From: an uncultured Methanolobus sp.
GTDB taxonomy: Archaea; Halobacteriota; Methanosarcinia; Methanosarcinales; Methanosarcinaceae
Assembly (NCBI GenBank): GCA_963675495.1
Contig: OY776215.1
Location: 704,001 to 768,000, forward strand
Direction: 5' to 3'
DNA length: 64,000 nucleotides
Both the position numbers and the translations under genes were made by a program. How positions within the stretch are numbered: position 1 is the stretch's first letter; every line of letters starts with the position of its first letter. Below, piece after piece: positions 42,840 through 54,188 of this stretch. The notes under the pieces were generated by a model. It did not search any database. It saw only the letters and a list, made by a program, of their open reading frames with translations, and was not told the DNA's origin.

Positions 42840-42874
42840 CTTTGTAAGCGAGTTAATGTAATATAAAATATTTT

Positions 42875-43168
42875 ATGGATCAAAATTCACACAATACCGA
42901 ATGGGAAACATGGTTCGAAGCGTTCCAATTATTTTTGTCTGGCGAGACTTTGCGTTCCTGCATTCCAGTGGCACTTATTGTCGGATTACTTTTGTCAATC
43001 ATCAATCAAAGTGATGTCATTGTAAATGGAGCCGAAACCACCTTTACATGGCTAAGGGTCGGAATGAACTTTATTATACCATTTTGTGTTTCAAGCTATG
43101 GATTCCTTAAAGGATGCCGGTCAGAAACCTCAATTGTCGCCGACAGTAATAATTTTGATTTTACCTAA
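42875..43168 (+). CDS. NrtS-like small membrane protein
   Basis: VALIVGLLLSIINQ...NFIIPFCVSSYG. Confidence 0.7.
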   Translation: MDQNSHNTEWETWFEAFQLFLSGETLRSCIPVALIVGLLLSIINQSDVIVNGAETTFTWLRVGMNFIIPFCVSSYGFLKGCRSETSIVADSNNFDFT

Positions 43169-43195
43169 AACCGCTTGAGTCAAAAGGAGAATAGA

Positions 43196-43330
43196 ATGGT
43201 AGAAATAACCAAGGAAACTATTGAAACCTTTTATAAGTCCAGAAGAGTAGGCATGCTTGGTACTACAGATGAACTGGGACAACATAATATCATTTATTTT
43301 GGAAACCCACAACTCAGTAAGGATCAATAA
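43196..43330 (+). pseudogene. Truncated pyridoxamine-5'-phosphate oxidase-like FMN-binding protein
   Basis: AGGAG RBS, then MVEITKETIETFYKSRRVGMLGTTDELGQHNIIYFGNPQLSKDQ* (44 aa), resembling the family N-terminus (L.T.D..G.PN). Confidence 0.55.
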
Positions 43331-43371
43331 AATCAAAAACTCTGTGAACCTTGTTAAAAAAGTCTCCCAAC

Positions 43372-43437
43372 GGAATACTTCCCAAGGCAGATGACTTCCC
43401 TTTTGAGAGTGGAAAACTGGTAGTAGACATTATGGAG
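43372..43437 (+). pseudogene. C-terminal remnant of an MTH865 paralog
   Basis: GILPKADDFPFESGKLVVDIME versus GTLLTAEDFPIESAKQIADILV in 42465-42704. Confidence 0.65.
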
Positions 43438-43438
43438 G

Positions 43439-43560
43439 ATATCTGTGAAAACCGGCCTGCACTGCTCAATTAAATCACCTTTTTAGATCATGTTTTTTGA
43501 AAGCCCAATCTTTGAGTTGGACTCTTGTTTTTTTAGTATGTCAGAATGAATCAAGAGCTT
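43439..43560 (-). pseudogene. Internal remnant of a paralog of the ArsR regulator
   Basis: 43439-43511 aligns without gaps to 42026-42098 at 59/73 nt by manual count. Confidence 0.8.
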
Positions 43561-43686
43561 CAGATAGATTACTTAGAACATTAAATCAAACACTCTAATA
43601 GAATACTTTCATTCCGGCTAAAATGATAAAACAATAGCTAGATAATCATATAACATTTGTTAAAAATGTACTTAGAAAAAGATAAG

Positions 43687-43758
43687 TACACCAGCCGGGA
43701 TTCGAACCCGGGTTCGAGCGTTGGCAACGCCCGGTGATAACCGCTACACTACTGGTGT
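43687..43758 (-). tRNA. tRNA-Gly(GCC)
   Basis: ACACCAG/CTGGTGT acceptor stem, GGGCG-TTGCCAA-CGCTC anticodon arm, GGTTCGAATCC T-loop. Confidence 0.97.
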
Positions 43759-43770
43759 GCTTCGCTTAGA

Positions 43771-43844
43771 TGCCCAGACCCGGACTCGAACCGGGGACAA
43801 CTGCCTCTTCAGGGCAGCGCTCTCCCAAACTGAGCTACCTGGGC
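43771..43844 (-). tRNA. tRNA-Phe(GAA)
   Basis: GCCCAGG acceptor stem, CTGCC-CTGAAGA-GGCAG anticodon arm, GGTTCGAGTCC. Confidence 0.97.
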
Positions 43845-43897
43845 ATAATGACCCGAAGCATCTAAATGCTGCTTTTAGATTTAAACTTAACTGTTTG

Positions 43898-43974
43898 TGG
43901 TGGGCCCGCGGAGAGTCGAACTCCGGACCTCCGCCATGTCAAGGCGACGTCATAACCAGCTAGACCACGAGCCC
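43898..43974 (-). tRNA. tRNA-Val(GAC), CCA encoded
   Basis: GGGCTCG acceptor stem, CGCC-TTGACAT-GGCG anticodon arm, GTTCGACTC, 3' ACCA. Confidence 0.97.
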
Positions 43975-44078
43975 ATTGAACAGTTAGCGAATATCTGTAA
44001 ACACCTGCAGCTTAACAACACTTAGTGCCATTATCGCATGCCTTGGCGCTTATCAGCACCCCTCATAATGCATAATAG

Positions 44079-44094
44079 ATAATAAACCTTTTGG
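44079..44094 (-). promoter_or_regulatory. BRE/TATA promoter of the tRNA-Val-Phe-Gly operon
   Basis: Minus strand CCAAAAGG-TTTATTAT about 105 nt upstream of tRNA-Val. Confidence 0.6.
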
Positions 44095-44458
44095 GTAAAC
44101 AGACACAACATGGTCATTTCCATATAAAGAACAGAAATCCCAATAATTATCAGAGACTATTAACCCCCTAATTGCAGACTCATCTGTAAAGAAAGGACAA
44201 AATGGATAACTTGCATTTTACTATTATATAATGCCACAAGCCACACATCAAAATACAACACGCATCTGCCCGATGTAGCCTCTACCAACAAGTAATTGGT
44301 TACTGGACTAACGATCCAGAATACTGACGGCAATAAGTTCCATGCGGCAAGTCCTTGTAAGAGTACGCAAAATGACCATTTAAGCTAAGAGAAATAATCT
44401 GAAAGACCTACAGCAATCCATGATTCACAATAAATCATGATATCGGCATACGAACAGG

Positions 44459-44905
44459 TCACTCGTTATAAAAAGTATCAGGCGTAGCACTGGCATCAGA
44501 AATAGTTCGTGTTGAACCATCAGGATAAATAATTGTTAGTAGATCTACAATTCTACCCAATTCATGCGAATCATGCAGGTAGAATTCATCATTTTTTCTG
44601 GATACGTTCGTCGCTAAGATGACAGCTTTGTCCTTACCGATCTCAAGCACTTCCATGTCCTCAAAATCAAAGAAAAGATTATCAATCGCAGGCTCAAGGT
44701 TGTGTGCTCCCAGCAGGAAAATATACGTGCTGGAAAACATATCAAGGCTATAAGAGACAGAAATAACCGTATCAGTACCCTGAAATGCCATGGAAACCTG
44801 ATTGAACTTTATGTACTCCTCACCATTTGAAATTATATTATTGCTGGCTGAGAATGACAAAAAAGAAATGATCAGCGCAAAGACCAGAAAGACAGTCAGC
44901 TTCAT
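44459..44905 (-). CDS. Hypothetical secreted protein
   Basis: 148-aa ORF with an N-terminal hydrophobic signal peptide. Confidence 0.75.
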   Translation of the reverse strand: MKLTVFLVFALIISFLSFSASNNIISNGEEYIKFNQVSMAFQGTDTVISVSYSLDMFSSTYIFLLGAHNLEPAIDNLFFDFEDMEVLEIGKDKAVILATNVSRKNDEFYLHDSHELGRIVDLLTIIYPDGSTRTISDASATPDTFYNE

Positions 44906-45082
44906 TTTACCATATCCACGATAAAGAAATGCATAGTTTCTTATATTCTGATGTCACTTTAATCATATTAACTTTACTCACAAGTTAAATATAATAAATT
45001 TGAGTTACATGATTATAAAAACCGTCAAGTATATATTTTGTACGTACAACTGTGAACAAACCACAAACCTTGTGAGAAGACT

Positions 45083-46984
45083 ATGGAAAAAGAGATTAGC
45101 ACTTCTAGCGAAGAGATTGAATTATACGAGGACAATTTCGAAACCACAGACTCCATAGATGTTCCCGAGCTTTTGATAGATCAGATTATCGGACAGGAAC
45201 ATGCTGTGGAGGTAGTGAAAAAAGCGGCAAGCCAGAGGCGCCATGTCATGATGATAGGCAGCCCAGGCACAGGAAAATCCTTACTTGCAAAAGCAATGGC
45301 TGAACTTCTTCCAAAGGAAGAATTACAGGATATAATGGCATATCCTAACCCGGAGGATAATAATAATCCAAAGATACGTTCAGTTCCTGCCGGCAAGGGC
45401 AGGGAAATTGTTATGGCCCATAAACTGGAAGCCCAGAAAAAGGCCCAGTCACGCAATATGCTAATGATGATACTGGTTTTTGGTATCATAATATATTCAT
45501 TTTATGTAGGCCAGCTCTTGTGGGGTATCATAGCTGCAATTATGATATTGCTCCTGACACGTCAGTTCATGCCGAAAGAGGAAATGATGATTCCAAAACT
45601 GATAGTTTCGAACTACCAGAAGGAGCACGCACCTTTCCTTGATGCAACAGGCACCCACGCAGGTGCACTTCTTGGTGATGTCAGGCATGATCCTTTTCAG
45701 TCAGGCGGACTTGAGACCCCGGCACACGACAGAGTAGAGAGCGGCGACATTCATAAATCGCACAAAGGTGTGCTCTTCTTAGATGAGATCAACACCTTGA
45801 GCCTTGAATCTCAACAGAGCATGCTGACAGCACTTCAGGAAAAAGAGTACCCTATCACCGGACAGTCAGAAAGGAGTTCCGGTGCGCTGGTAAAGACAGA
45901 GCCCGTTCCTTGCGACTTCATCATGGTAGCAGCAGGTAACCTTGATGCGATGGAAAAAATGCACCCCGCACTCAGGTCCCGTATAAAGGGTTACGGATAC
46001 GAGCTGTTCATGCGAGAGTCCATGGAAGACACTCCAGAGAATCGTAAGACCCTTGTTAGATTTGTAGCACAGGAAATTTTACGAGATGGCCACCTTCCAC
46101 CATTTGACAAAGAAGCTGTTGATGAGGTTATACGTGAAGCTCAGAGAAGAGCAGGAAGAAAAGGGCATCTCACACTAAAACTTCGTGACCTTGGAGGGCT
46201 TGTAAGAGTTGCAGGAGATATTGCACATTCCGAAGATGCAGCAATTACCACCGCAAAACATGTGCTTGCAGCAAAGAAAATGGCACGGTCCATAGAACAG
46301 CAACTTGCTGATAACTACCTTGAACGCAAGAATGATTACCAGTTATTCAAGAAACTGGGTAGTGCTGTTGGAAGAGTTAACGGTCTTGCGGTGATGGGAG
46401 GCGATTCAGGAATCGTTTTGCCAATAATAGCAGGAGTAGCGCCGTCACTTTCAAACTCAGAAGGCAAAGTAATTGCCACGGGAATGCTAAAGGATATAGC
46501 AAAGGAAGCAGTTCAGAATGTATCAGCTGTAATCAAGAACGTTACAGGGAAGGATATACCGAACCATGACATCCATATCCAGTTCATTGGAACATATGAA
46601 GGCGTGGAAGGAGACAGTGCATCCATATCCATAGCAACTGCTGTCATATCAGCCCTCGAAGATATCCCGATCGATCAATCTGTAGCTATGACAGGTTCGC
46701 TGTCCGTAAGAGGCGATGTACTCCCTATTGGCGGAGCTACCTATAAGATCGAAGCTGCAGCCAGAGCGGGCATCAAAAAAGTCATTATTCCCAAGTCCAA
46801 TGAGGATGATGTACTGATCGAGGAAGCATACAAAGATAAAATAGAGATTGTTCCGGTAACCAATATTATAGAAGTTATCGAACACAGCCTGGTTGGTCCT
46901 GAGAAGAATAGAATAGTTGAGAAGCTCAAGAACCTGAGTAGCCTCAAGGCCAGCACAGAAATGCCAGACATAGTCCCTGTATGA
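45083..46984 (+). CDS. lonB: Membrane-anchored ATP-dependent protease LonB
   Basis: GSPGTGKS, TM insert in the AAA domain, LFLDEI, EGDSAS catalytic Ser. Confidence 0.97.
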   Translation: MEKEISTSSEEIELYEDNFETTDSIDVPELLIDQIIGQEHAVEVVKKAASQRRHVMMIGSPGTGKSLLAKAMAELLPKEELQDIMAYPNPEDNNNPKIRSVPAGKGREIVMAHKLEAQKKAQSRNMLMMILVFGIIIYSFYVGQLLWGIIAAIMILLLTRQFMPKEEMMIPKLIVSNYQKEHAPFLDATGTHAGALLGDVRHDPFQSGGLETPAHDRVESGDIHKSHKGVLFLDEINTLSLESQQSMLTALQEKEYPITGQSERSSGALVKTEPVPCDFIMVAAGNLDAMEKMHPALRSRIKGYGYELFMRESMEDTPENRKTLVRFVAQEILRDGHLPPFDKEAVDEVIREAQRRAGRKGHLTLKLRDLGGLVRVAGDIAHSEDAAITTAKHVLAAKKMARSIEQQLADNYLERKNDYQLFKKLGSAVGRVNGLAVMGGDSGIVLPIIAGVAPSLSNSEGKVIATGMLKDIAKEAVQNVSAVIKNVTGKDIPNHDIHIQFIGTYEGVEGDSASISIATAVISALEDIPIDQSVAMTGSLSVRGDVLPIGGATYKIEAAARAGIKKVIIPKSNEDDVLIEEAYKDKIEIVPVTNIIEVIEHSLVGPEKNRIVEKLKNLSSLKASTEMPDIVPV

Positions 46985-47042
46985 ACAGGGACCTTTTATT
47001 TATTTAAACTTGTATTTCATTTATACAAGGAGGAGTAAAATT

Positions 47043-48374
47043 ATGCATAGCGTAGACTTTTTTGATACTAGGATCATAGAAGGGACGACCACTTCCATTG
47101 TGCTTGATAATGATAAGATAGAACAGATATCTGTCAATTTTACAAAAGGTGCGGCAGTACGCGCCCTGAAAGGAGGTTCCTGGGGATTCACATCCGCTGA
47201 TGGAGATTTCGATATTGAAAAAGCAATACGCTCAGCGTCCGAACTTGCAATTAGCATGGATGAGAAATCATCTAAAGAAAAAGTTCAGATAAAGGAAATA
47301 GCAAACCCCGTTGTTAGCAACCTCCCTAAAGTAAAAAAGAATCCACTTGACATTTCCCTTGAAGAAAAGGTACAGAACCTGAAGGAATTCGGGAAACATG
47401 CAAAAATGGATGGCATTAGCAGCACCAGTGCAGTGTACAGTGAATCATCCTACAAGGTCATGTACACGGACTCCACAGGAATAGAAGGAGAATATGATGT
47501 TGTGCGCACTGGTTTTGCCATAAGTGCCGTAGCATCAAGGAACGGACTATATCAGGCAGGAAGAGAGAGCCGTTTTGGTGTGACCGGCTATGAGATATTC
47601 GATAAATATAATGCATCTGAACTTGCAGAAGCAGCAGCAAAAAGTGCTTTACAGTTATTGGATGCAAAACCGGCCAAAGGTGGGAATATGCCAGTCATCC
47701 TTGACCCAGAACTTGCAGGTGTTTTTGCCCATGAGGCAGTAGGACATGCATCTGAAGCAGATCTTGTACTTGAAGGAAGTTCTGTTCTGGAAAACCGCAT
47801 CGGCGAGAATATTGCATCCCCACTTATTACAATTATTGATGATCCGACATTACATGAATACGGTTACTTCCCCTTTGACGACGAAGGCTCACAGTCTGAA
47901 AAAACAACTCTCATAGAGAACGGTACACTTAAGTCATACCTGCATTCAAGGGAAACTGCAGCCAAACTCGGAGGAACACCCGGACACTGTCGTGCACAGG
48001 GACATTCGAGACCAATTATCCGTATGAGCAATACCTATATCGATAATGGGAATTCAAAGTTTGAGGAAATGCTTGAGGAAATTGGCAACGGAATGTACCT
48101 CATAGGTTCAAGAGGAGGACAGGTTAACACCGGCGAAGGTGTTTTCCAGTTCAATGCTGAAAAGGGCTATCTTATTGAAGACGGGAAACTCACAACACTT
48201 ATAAGGGATGTTTCACTTTCCGGAAAGATCCTCGAAATACTGAACAATGTGAAAATGGTTGGTAATGACCTGAAAATGAATTCGGGAAGATGTGGAAAAG
48301 GTGGTCAGCTTGTGCCTGTTACCGATGGATCCCCACATCTGATGATATCCAAGGCTATGGTCGGAGGTGCATAA
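47043..48374 (+). CDS. tldD: TldD metalloprotease
   Basis: HEAVGH..EAD, FDDEG, RMSNT, CGKGGQ. Confidence 0.95.
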   Translation: MHSVDFFDTRIIEGTTTSIVLDNDKIEQISVNFTKGAAVRALKGGSWGFTSADGDFDIEKAIRSASELAISMDEKSSKEKVQIKEIANPVVSNLPKVKKNPLDISLEEKVQNLKEFGKHAKMDGISSTSAVYSESSYKVMYTDSTGIEGEYDVVRTGFAISAVASRNGLYQAGRESRFGVTGYEIFDKYNASELAEAAAKSALQLLDAKPAKGGNMPVILDPELAGVFAHEAVGHASEADLVLEGSSVLENRIGENIASPLITIIDDPTLHEYGYFPFDDEGSQSEKTTLIENGTLKSYLHSRETAAKLGGTPGHCRAQGHSRPIIRMSNTYIDNGNSKFEEMLEEIGNGMYLIGSRGGQVNTGEGVFQFNAEKGYLIEDGKLTTLIRDVSLSGKILEILNNVKMVGNDLKMNSGRCGKGGQLVPVTDGSPHLMISKAMVGGA

Positions 48375-48375
48375 T

Positions 48376-49686
48376 ATGTACGAACTTGCTGAAAAGGCTC
48401 TCAAGGCAGCAATAAAATATGGTGCAAAAGAAGCTGAAGTATATATTATGGAAAGCCAGAAAACTTCTGTGAACATACAGAAGGATCAGATAGAAGGTGC
48501 AAAAGAAAGTATCACAACTGGAATTGGCATACGCGCAGTTATAGATGGTGCCATCGGATTTTCAAGCACCAACATAATGAGCCTTGTTGATAAAACGGCA
48601 AAGAATGCAGTCAGTTCTGCAAATATACAGGACAGTGACCCGGACTGGAAATCATTACCATCGAATCAGAAGTATCCAACCGTATCTGGAACAATGGACA
48701 AACAACTCCAGAAAATGGAGCTTGATGAATGCATTGGGCACACTATGGAAATGATAGAAGGTGCAAAGAACACACCTGGGATAATAGTTACTTCTGGCAG
48801 CTTTGGTCGCAGTCATGGAAAAAATCTAATACTGAACACAAACGGGGTAGAAGTGTCAGAGGAAGGAACCGGAGTTTCCGGATTCGTCGATGTTATTACA
48901 AATTCAGGAGAAACATCCACAGCCTATGATTTTGCTATATCACGAAAGAATGATATTGATTTTACTTCCATCGGAAAGAATGCTTCAGAACTTGCGAAGA
49001 TGTCACAGGGCACAATATCCATCGAACCTCACAGAACAGAGGTCGTGATCCATCCTTTTGCATTCTCAGACCTTATTGAAAATGCATTTATACCATCTAT
49101 TGATGCGGATAATGTCCAGAAAGGACGTTCAAACCTCATCGGAAAGAAAGGCGATATAATAGCAAATGAGAAACTTTCGATCTATGATGACGGTTTGCTG
49201 GAAGGCGGCATAGAGACTGGGATAGCAGATGATGAAGGAGTTGCATCACAGAAGAACACTGTTCTTGAAAACGGGACATTCATGTCATATCTTTATGACA
49301 CTTACACAGCAGGAAAAGATGACGTGGAAAGTACCGGAAATGCATCCAGAAATTCGTATCTTTCAACACCTTCCGTAGGAACCAGAAATTTTATAATTGA
49401 TTTCCCTAAATGCGATATTATAGCTGATACTGATACTGGTGTTTACGTAAATACAGTAATAGGAGCGCATACGGCAAACGGCATATCCGGGGATTTCTCC
49501 GTGGAAGCAAGGAATGCTTTTACAATTAAAGACGGAAAACTGGACAAGCCCATCAAATCACTAATGATATCAGGCAACATATTTGACATGCTTAAGAACA
49601 TCAATGGTGCTGGCACCGATGTAAGGAAAGTGGGTGGTACTATAACCCCTTCAATAAGGGTTTCGGATATGAGTGTCATTGGCTGA
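48376..49686 (+). CDS. pmbA: PmbA/TldE
   Basis: DDEGV, STGNA, SGDFS; lacks HExxH; directly follows tldD. Confidence 0.93.
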   Translation: MYELAEKALKAAIKYGAKEAEVYIMESQKTSVNIQKDQIEGAKESITTGIGIRAVIDGAIGFSSTNIMSLVDKTAKNAVSSANIQDSDPDWKSLPSNQKYPTVSGTMDKQLQKMELDECIGHTMEMIEGAKNTPGIIVTSGSFGRSHGKNLILNTNGVEVSEEGTGVSGFVDVITNSGETSTAYDFAISRKNDIDFTSIGKNASELAKMSQGTISIEPHRTEVVIHPFAFSDLIENAFIPSIDADNVQKGRSNLIGKKGDIIANEKLSIYDDGLLEGGIETGIADDEGVASQKNTVLENGTFMSYLYDTYTAGKDDVESTGNASRNSYLSTPSVGTRNFIIDFPKCDIIADTDTGVYVNTVIGAHTANGISGDFSVEARNAFTIKDGKLDKPIKSLMISGNIFDMLKNINGAGTDVRKVGGTITPSIRVSDMSVIG

Positions 49687-49942
49687 TAATAAAATTTGTA
49701 CGAGGACAATATTGTTCTCATAAATTATTTTCTTTTTTATGTCACATTATACACATTGTATTTTGTAAAAGTGTGCACTCGCCTGAAGATTTTTCTTTTT
49801 TTAAGACCACTGTATCTGATTGAAAGTACACTGTTTCTCAAATGTGCACATCATTTAGAAACAAATATATGCATATAAATTATAAGGGAATCATAATAAA
49901 TTAAAATAATTATACATATCATATTTATCGTAAGGCGAATAA

Positions 49943-51985
49943 ATGGCAACATTGCACGAAAAGACATTAGGCATCATTGGTGCAACACTAATTGGGATGA
50001 TTTTGATCATATACCTTAGCTCATATTTTATAATCATAGATAGCTTTGATAAATTGGAAGAACAAGATGCCATAGAAAATGCCATTTATCTGAAAAACAC
50101 ATTATTATTTGAAAGTCTGGAGCTTGAAAATAAAGCTGCTTATTGGTCAGTGTGGAATGAGACTTACCAATTCGTTCAAGACAATAACAGTGAGTATATT
50201 GGAAACTACCTGATGGACGATACTTTTCTGAATCAGAGACTGGATTTTATGTTCTTCTATAATGATTCCGGGATTATGACCTATAAAAAAGTACTTTCAT
50301 TAAAAGAAAACAATTACCAGACAATAAGAAAGCTTGAAGAGCATCTTGAACAGAAAAGCTATCTTCTGGAACATGAGAATGAAAACATCAGGAAGACAGG
50401 ATACCTGGTCTTTGAAGGCAAGCCGGTAATAATAACTTCTCAGCCAATTATTAAAAGCGATAAAAGTGGTCCCATCTCAGGAACTGTGATCATGGGAACA
50501 GTCCTTGATAATGCTGAGATCAAAAGATTAAATGAAATAATGGATCTGGAACTGTATATCAAAAACATCCAGGATTCAACAGATAATAATAGTGACATAA
50601 ACTCTGTAAAAGGTACGAAGGATGAAAATACAAATATCAGCCTTTTCACTGATAATGGCTACATTTCTTCATATGCACCTTTCAATGACATCTACGGAAA
50701 CGATGCGTTTTCCCTGGAAATAAGGATTCCCCGGGACATACATAACCAAGGGGTCAATACTATGAACTACTCCCTCGCGGTTTTGCTCCTTACCGGCATC
50801 ATTTTTGGTGTTTCCGTAACAACCCTGCTTAAAAGATCACACATATCACGCCTCAAGAAGCTTCAGAATGAAGTGAGAGACATCAGCAATCTGGGAGATT
50901 TCTCTAAAAGAGTATGCCATGAAGGAACTGATGAGATCTCCGACCTTGGAAAATCAATAAACAGGATGCTTGAATCGCTTGAAAGCTCACAGAATTTAAT
51001 TATAAAAAGAGATACTACAATTAATGCTATTTTGCAGGCAATGCCTGACATGATGTTCCAGATCAAAAAAGACGGAACCATTTGCAATTACAAACTCTCC
51101 ACAGATAACTGTATTTACGAATCTCCTGAAACTGAGCTCAATATCAAAATTGATGATGTTTTTCCCGCCCACATTGCAGAAATGGAACTTAAGGTCATAG
51201 AACAAGCCCTTCTTACAAACAAGATTCAGACAATGCAATACGCAATGCCTGTTAAGGGCGATATGCGGGATTTCGAATTAAGAGTGGTAGCCAGTGGTGA
51301 AGACGAGGTTATGGCTGTTGTTAAGGACATAACTGAGATCAAGCAGGCAGAGGAGATGCGCAAAAAAGATCTGCTCTTAAAAGAGATACATCACCGGGTA
51401 AAGAACAACCTACAGATCATATCAAGTCTGCTAAGACTCCAGTCAAGGAAATTCACTGACAAAAATACCATAGAAGCTTTCAGAAAAAGCCAAATACGTG
51501 CCAAGTCAATGGCAATAGCCCACGAAAAATTGTACCAGTCGCATGACATTGAAAATATAGAATTCGAAACCTATGTAGATACCCTAACTAAATACTTGCT
51601 AAGTTCATATGGCTGTGATCCTGCAGATATCAAAATTGATATAAAGATTAAAAACATAACACAGGGAATTGATACAGCTATTCCGCTAGGTCTTATCATA
51701 AATGAGATTATTTCAAATGCCTTGAAACACGCATTTAAAGGTAAAAGGGGGAAAATTCTAATAGAAATGATCCCGGAGCAAAATGGCCTTTACGTGCTCG
51801 TTATCAGGGATGATGGAATCGGATTTCCGGAAGACATAGATTTCATGGAAACGGATTCATTAGGGATGCAACTTGTTGTTTCATTGGTTGAACAGATTGA
51901 AGGAACAATAGAACTCATAAGAGAACACGGTACGGAATTCAGAGTCACATTTAAAGAACTATCCTATAAAAGAAGGGACTACTAA
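49943..51985 (+). CDS. CHASE4-HAMP-PAS HisKA_2 sensor kinase
   Basis: Two [12 protein letters not shown] (CHASE4), DEI..L...IN.ML (HAMP), [16 protein letters not shown]. Confidence 0.92.
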   Translation: MATLHEKTLGIIGATLIGMILIIYLSSYFIIIDSFDKLEEQDAIENAIYLKNTLLFESLELENKAAYWSVWNETYQFVQDNNSEYIGNYLMDDTFLNQRLDFMFFYNDSGIMTYKKVLSLKENNYQTIRKLEEHLEQKSYLLEHENENIRKTGYLVFEGKPVIITSQPIIKSDKSGPISGTVIMGTVLDNAEIKRLNEIMDLELYIKNIQDSTDNNSDINSVKGTKDENTNISLFTDNGYISSYAPFNDIYGNDAFSLEIRIPRDIHNQGVNTMNYSLAVLLLTGIIFGVSVTTLLKRSHISRLKKLQNEVRDISNLGDFSKRVCHEGTDEISDLGKSINRMLESLESSQNLIIKRDTTINAILQAMPDMMFQIKKDGTICNYKLSTDNCIYESPETELNIKIDDVFPAHIAEMELKVIEQALLTNKIQTMQYAMPVKGDMRDFELRVVASGEDEVMAVVKDITEIKQAEEMRKKDLLLKEIHHRVKNNLQIISSLLRLQSRKFTDKNTIEAFRKSQIRAKSMAIAHEKLYQSHDIENIEFETYVDTLTKYLLSSYGCDPADIKIDIKIKNITQGIDTAIPLGLIINEIISNALKHAFKGKRGKILIEMIPEQNGLYVLVIRDDGIGFPEDIDFMETDSLGMQLVVSLVEQIEGTIELIREHGTEFRVTFKELSYKRRDY

Positions 51986-52791
51986 TGACTAATGAAAAGA
52001 TAATGATAGTCGAAGATGAGAAAATAGTAGCCCTTGATATCAAATGTAGTTTGGAACATTTTGGATATTCTGTTCCATGTATGGCAGCCAGTGGTGAGGA
52101 TGCCATTGAATTCGTTGACAGATTTAATCCTGACCTGATATTGATGGACATAGTCCTTAAAGGAAAAATAGATGGCATAGATGCTGCAAAGGCCATACGC
52201 AAGAATTCAGACGTACCGGTTATTTATCTCACCGCCTATTCAGACGAGAGAACACTGCAAAGAGCAAAACTCACAGAACCTTTCGGTCACATTTTAAAAC
52301 CCTTTGACGAAAGAGAGCTTCGAACAAATATTGAAATTGCATTGTACAAAAAAGAAAAGGAAAAGGAAAAACTTTTCGATCATGAAAAGTGGATAACTTC
52401 ACTGCACAATAATTTTGGTGATGCGCTTATATCCACTGATAACAATGGAATAATTAAATACATTAACCCACTGGCGCAAGCACTCACTGGATATAAACAA
52501 GAAAAAGCTCTGGGCCAGAAAATAAGTGAAATTTTCAAAGTCGTTTGCGAAAATAATAAGTATGCAGAGGACCCAACAAAAAAAGTCATTCGGGAAGGTG
52601 CTTTCTTTGGTCTTGATGATAACACAGTACTAATATCAAAAGACAACACCCACATACCACTTGACATAATAGGTTCCCCCATTACAAATAAGAGAAACGA
52701 GGTTATCGGTACTGTCATTATTTTTTACGACATAACTGACAGGAAAAAAATAGAAAGATCGTTCCGAAGTTTTGAAGTTGCTTATGTATGA
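51985..52791 (+). CDS. Response regulator with C-terminal PAS domain
   Basis: IVEDE, PDLILMD, YLTA, KPF; PAS ending DITDRK. Confidence 0.93.
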   Translation: MTNEKIMIVEDEKIVALDIKCSLEHFGYSVPCMAASGEDAIEFVDRFNPDLILMDIVLKGKIDGIDAAKAIRKNSDVPVIYLTAYSDERTLQRAKLTEPFGHILKPFDERELRTNIEIALYKKEKEKEKLFDHEKWITSLHNNFGDALISTDNNGIIKYINPLAQALTGYKQEKALGQKISEIFKVVCENNKYAEDPTKKVIREGAFFGLDDNTVLISKDNTHIPLDIIGSPITNKRNEVIGTVIIFYDITDRKKIERSFRSFEVAYV

Positions 52792-54014
52792 TCGAACATG
52801 TAATTCTTTTTTACGTATACTGGTTCTTTAACGCCCACAAGTACGAGCAGCAATGACAACAGCAACATAGCTGCACAGATATAAAAAGGCAGTTCAAATG
52901 AAATATAACCTGCAAGAAGTCCACCCATAATAGGGCCAAGTGCCATTCCAGCTGCCTGGGAAGCTGTTATAGAACTTACTTTGGAACTAACCGACACTCC
53001 TGCAAGATCAACTGCAAGAGCCATAACTGGTGTTTCCACTGCAGCCATGGATATACCCTGAACTGCACGCAGTACTATGAGCTGGGTGACGTTGTCAACA
53101 TAACCAAGACCAATTACGATTGGAATGTTGAGTAGCAGACCCAGTGCAATTATCCGTTTCCTCCCTATACGATCCGATATGAATCCCATAGGAGTCTGGA
53201 ATAACACCCTCACAATAACATAAGCAGAAACCGCAATACTGAGCGATATCGGACCAGTATTGAGCCGTGTTTCATATTCAGGCAGGAAAGCAAATATTAT
53301 CATTATCCCTGCCATCATCATGAACATGGCAATTGAAAGAATTGCAAACTGGAATCCTTGCTTAGACTCCGATGTATTTTCCTTGTAAGATGTACCATCA
53401 TGAGTCTCCGATACGAAAAATGAGATCAATATAAGGCTTGAAAGGCCCAGTAAAGCACACACATAGAATGCTGTGACAAAGCCGTAATAACTGGCAACTA
53501 TACCACCTATAATGGAGCCAGTGCCAAAAGCAAAACCCCTTACAGTGGAATATATACCTATTGCAACGCCTCTTGTACTACTTGTTGACATATGAGTGAC
53601 CATTGCAACAATAGCAGGCACAGTTGCACCTACAGTGATTCCCTGCACAATGCGAAGCAGCACCAGGTGATCGAAATTATTGGTGTTGGCATAAATGAAA
53701 GATATCAGAGTAAATCCTGCCATTCCAAGAACAACAAAAGGCTTTCTTCTGTTAAGAGAATCTGACAAGCGGCCAAGAAATGGCTGTGAAATGGCATTTG
53801 ATAGTCCAAAAACAGTAGCAATGATGCCTGCCCTGACAACTATTGGAGTGTCAGAAAAAATATTACTATCCAGGCCAACTATGTACAGAGGAAGCAGAAA
53901 TGCAAGCATCCCGGTACCCAGGTCCTTGAATAACTTGGAAAGAGAGAGCACATAAAGTGCGGGATCTAATTTCAGTTCATCTTTTTGAAGTGCCGGAGCA
54001 TCTGAATTCATCAT
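52782..54014 (-). CDS. MFS transporter
   Basis: [11 protein letters not shown] and [10 protein letters not shown] motifs; about 12 TM. Confidence 0.93.
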   Translation of the reverse strand: MMNSDAPALQKDELKLDPALYVLSLSKLFKDLGTGMLAFLLPLYIVGLDSNIFSDTPIVVRAGIIATVFGLSNAISQPFLGRLSDSLNRRKPFVVLGMAGFTLISFIYANTNNFDHLVLLRIVQGITVGATVPAIVAMVTHMSTSSTRGVAIGIYSTVRGFAFGTGSIIGGIVASYYGFVTAFYVCALLGLSSLILISFFVSETHDGTSYKENTSESKQGFQFAILSIAMFMMMAGIMIIFAFLPEYETRLNTGPISLSIAVSAYVIVRVLFQTPMGFISDRIGRKRIIALGLLLNIPIVIGLGYVDNVTQLIVLRAVQGISMAAVETPVMALAVDLAGVSVSSKVSSITASQAAGMALGPIMGGLLAGYISFELPFYICAAMLLLSLLLVLVGVKEPVYVKKNYMFDHT

Positions 54015-54188
54015 ACGACCTGTGTATGGTGATTATGTCTCAAACTATAAAAGCATAGAATCAGGGATCATACATATAGAATATTTTGCAAAGATCTTGA
54101 GATTGACAGAGAAATGACATCCTTGTACAGAAAAAAATCATCAGAATGATTAAATGCAGGGCTTAAAAAATCCCCTGCTTTGAAAAAA

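Noticed and set aside
43721-43963. 80-aa ORF from the track
   Set aside because: It is the antisense reading of the tRNA cluster.
44110-44379. 10-bp inverted repeat ATGGTCATTT / AAATGACCAT
   Set aside because: Short and AT-rich, about 250 bp apart, with no target duplication; compatible with chance.
45083-49686. lonB-tldD-pmbA as a peptide-maturation (RiPP) locus
   Set aside because: No precursor peptide or modifying enzymes are adjacent, and these are widespread housekeeping proteases.
49765-49860. GTGCAC-containing palindromes upstream of the CHASE4 kinase
   Set aside because: Only 8-10 bp with irregular spacing; too weak to call an operator.
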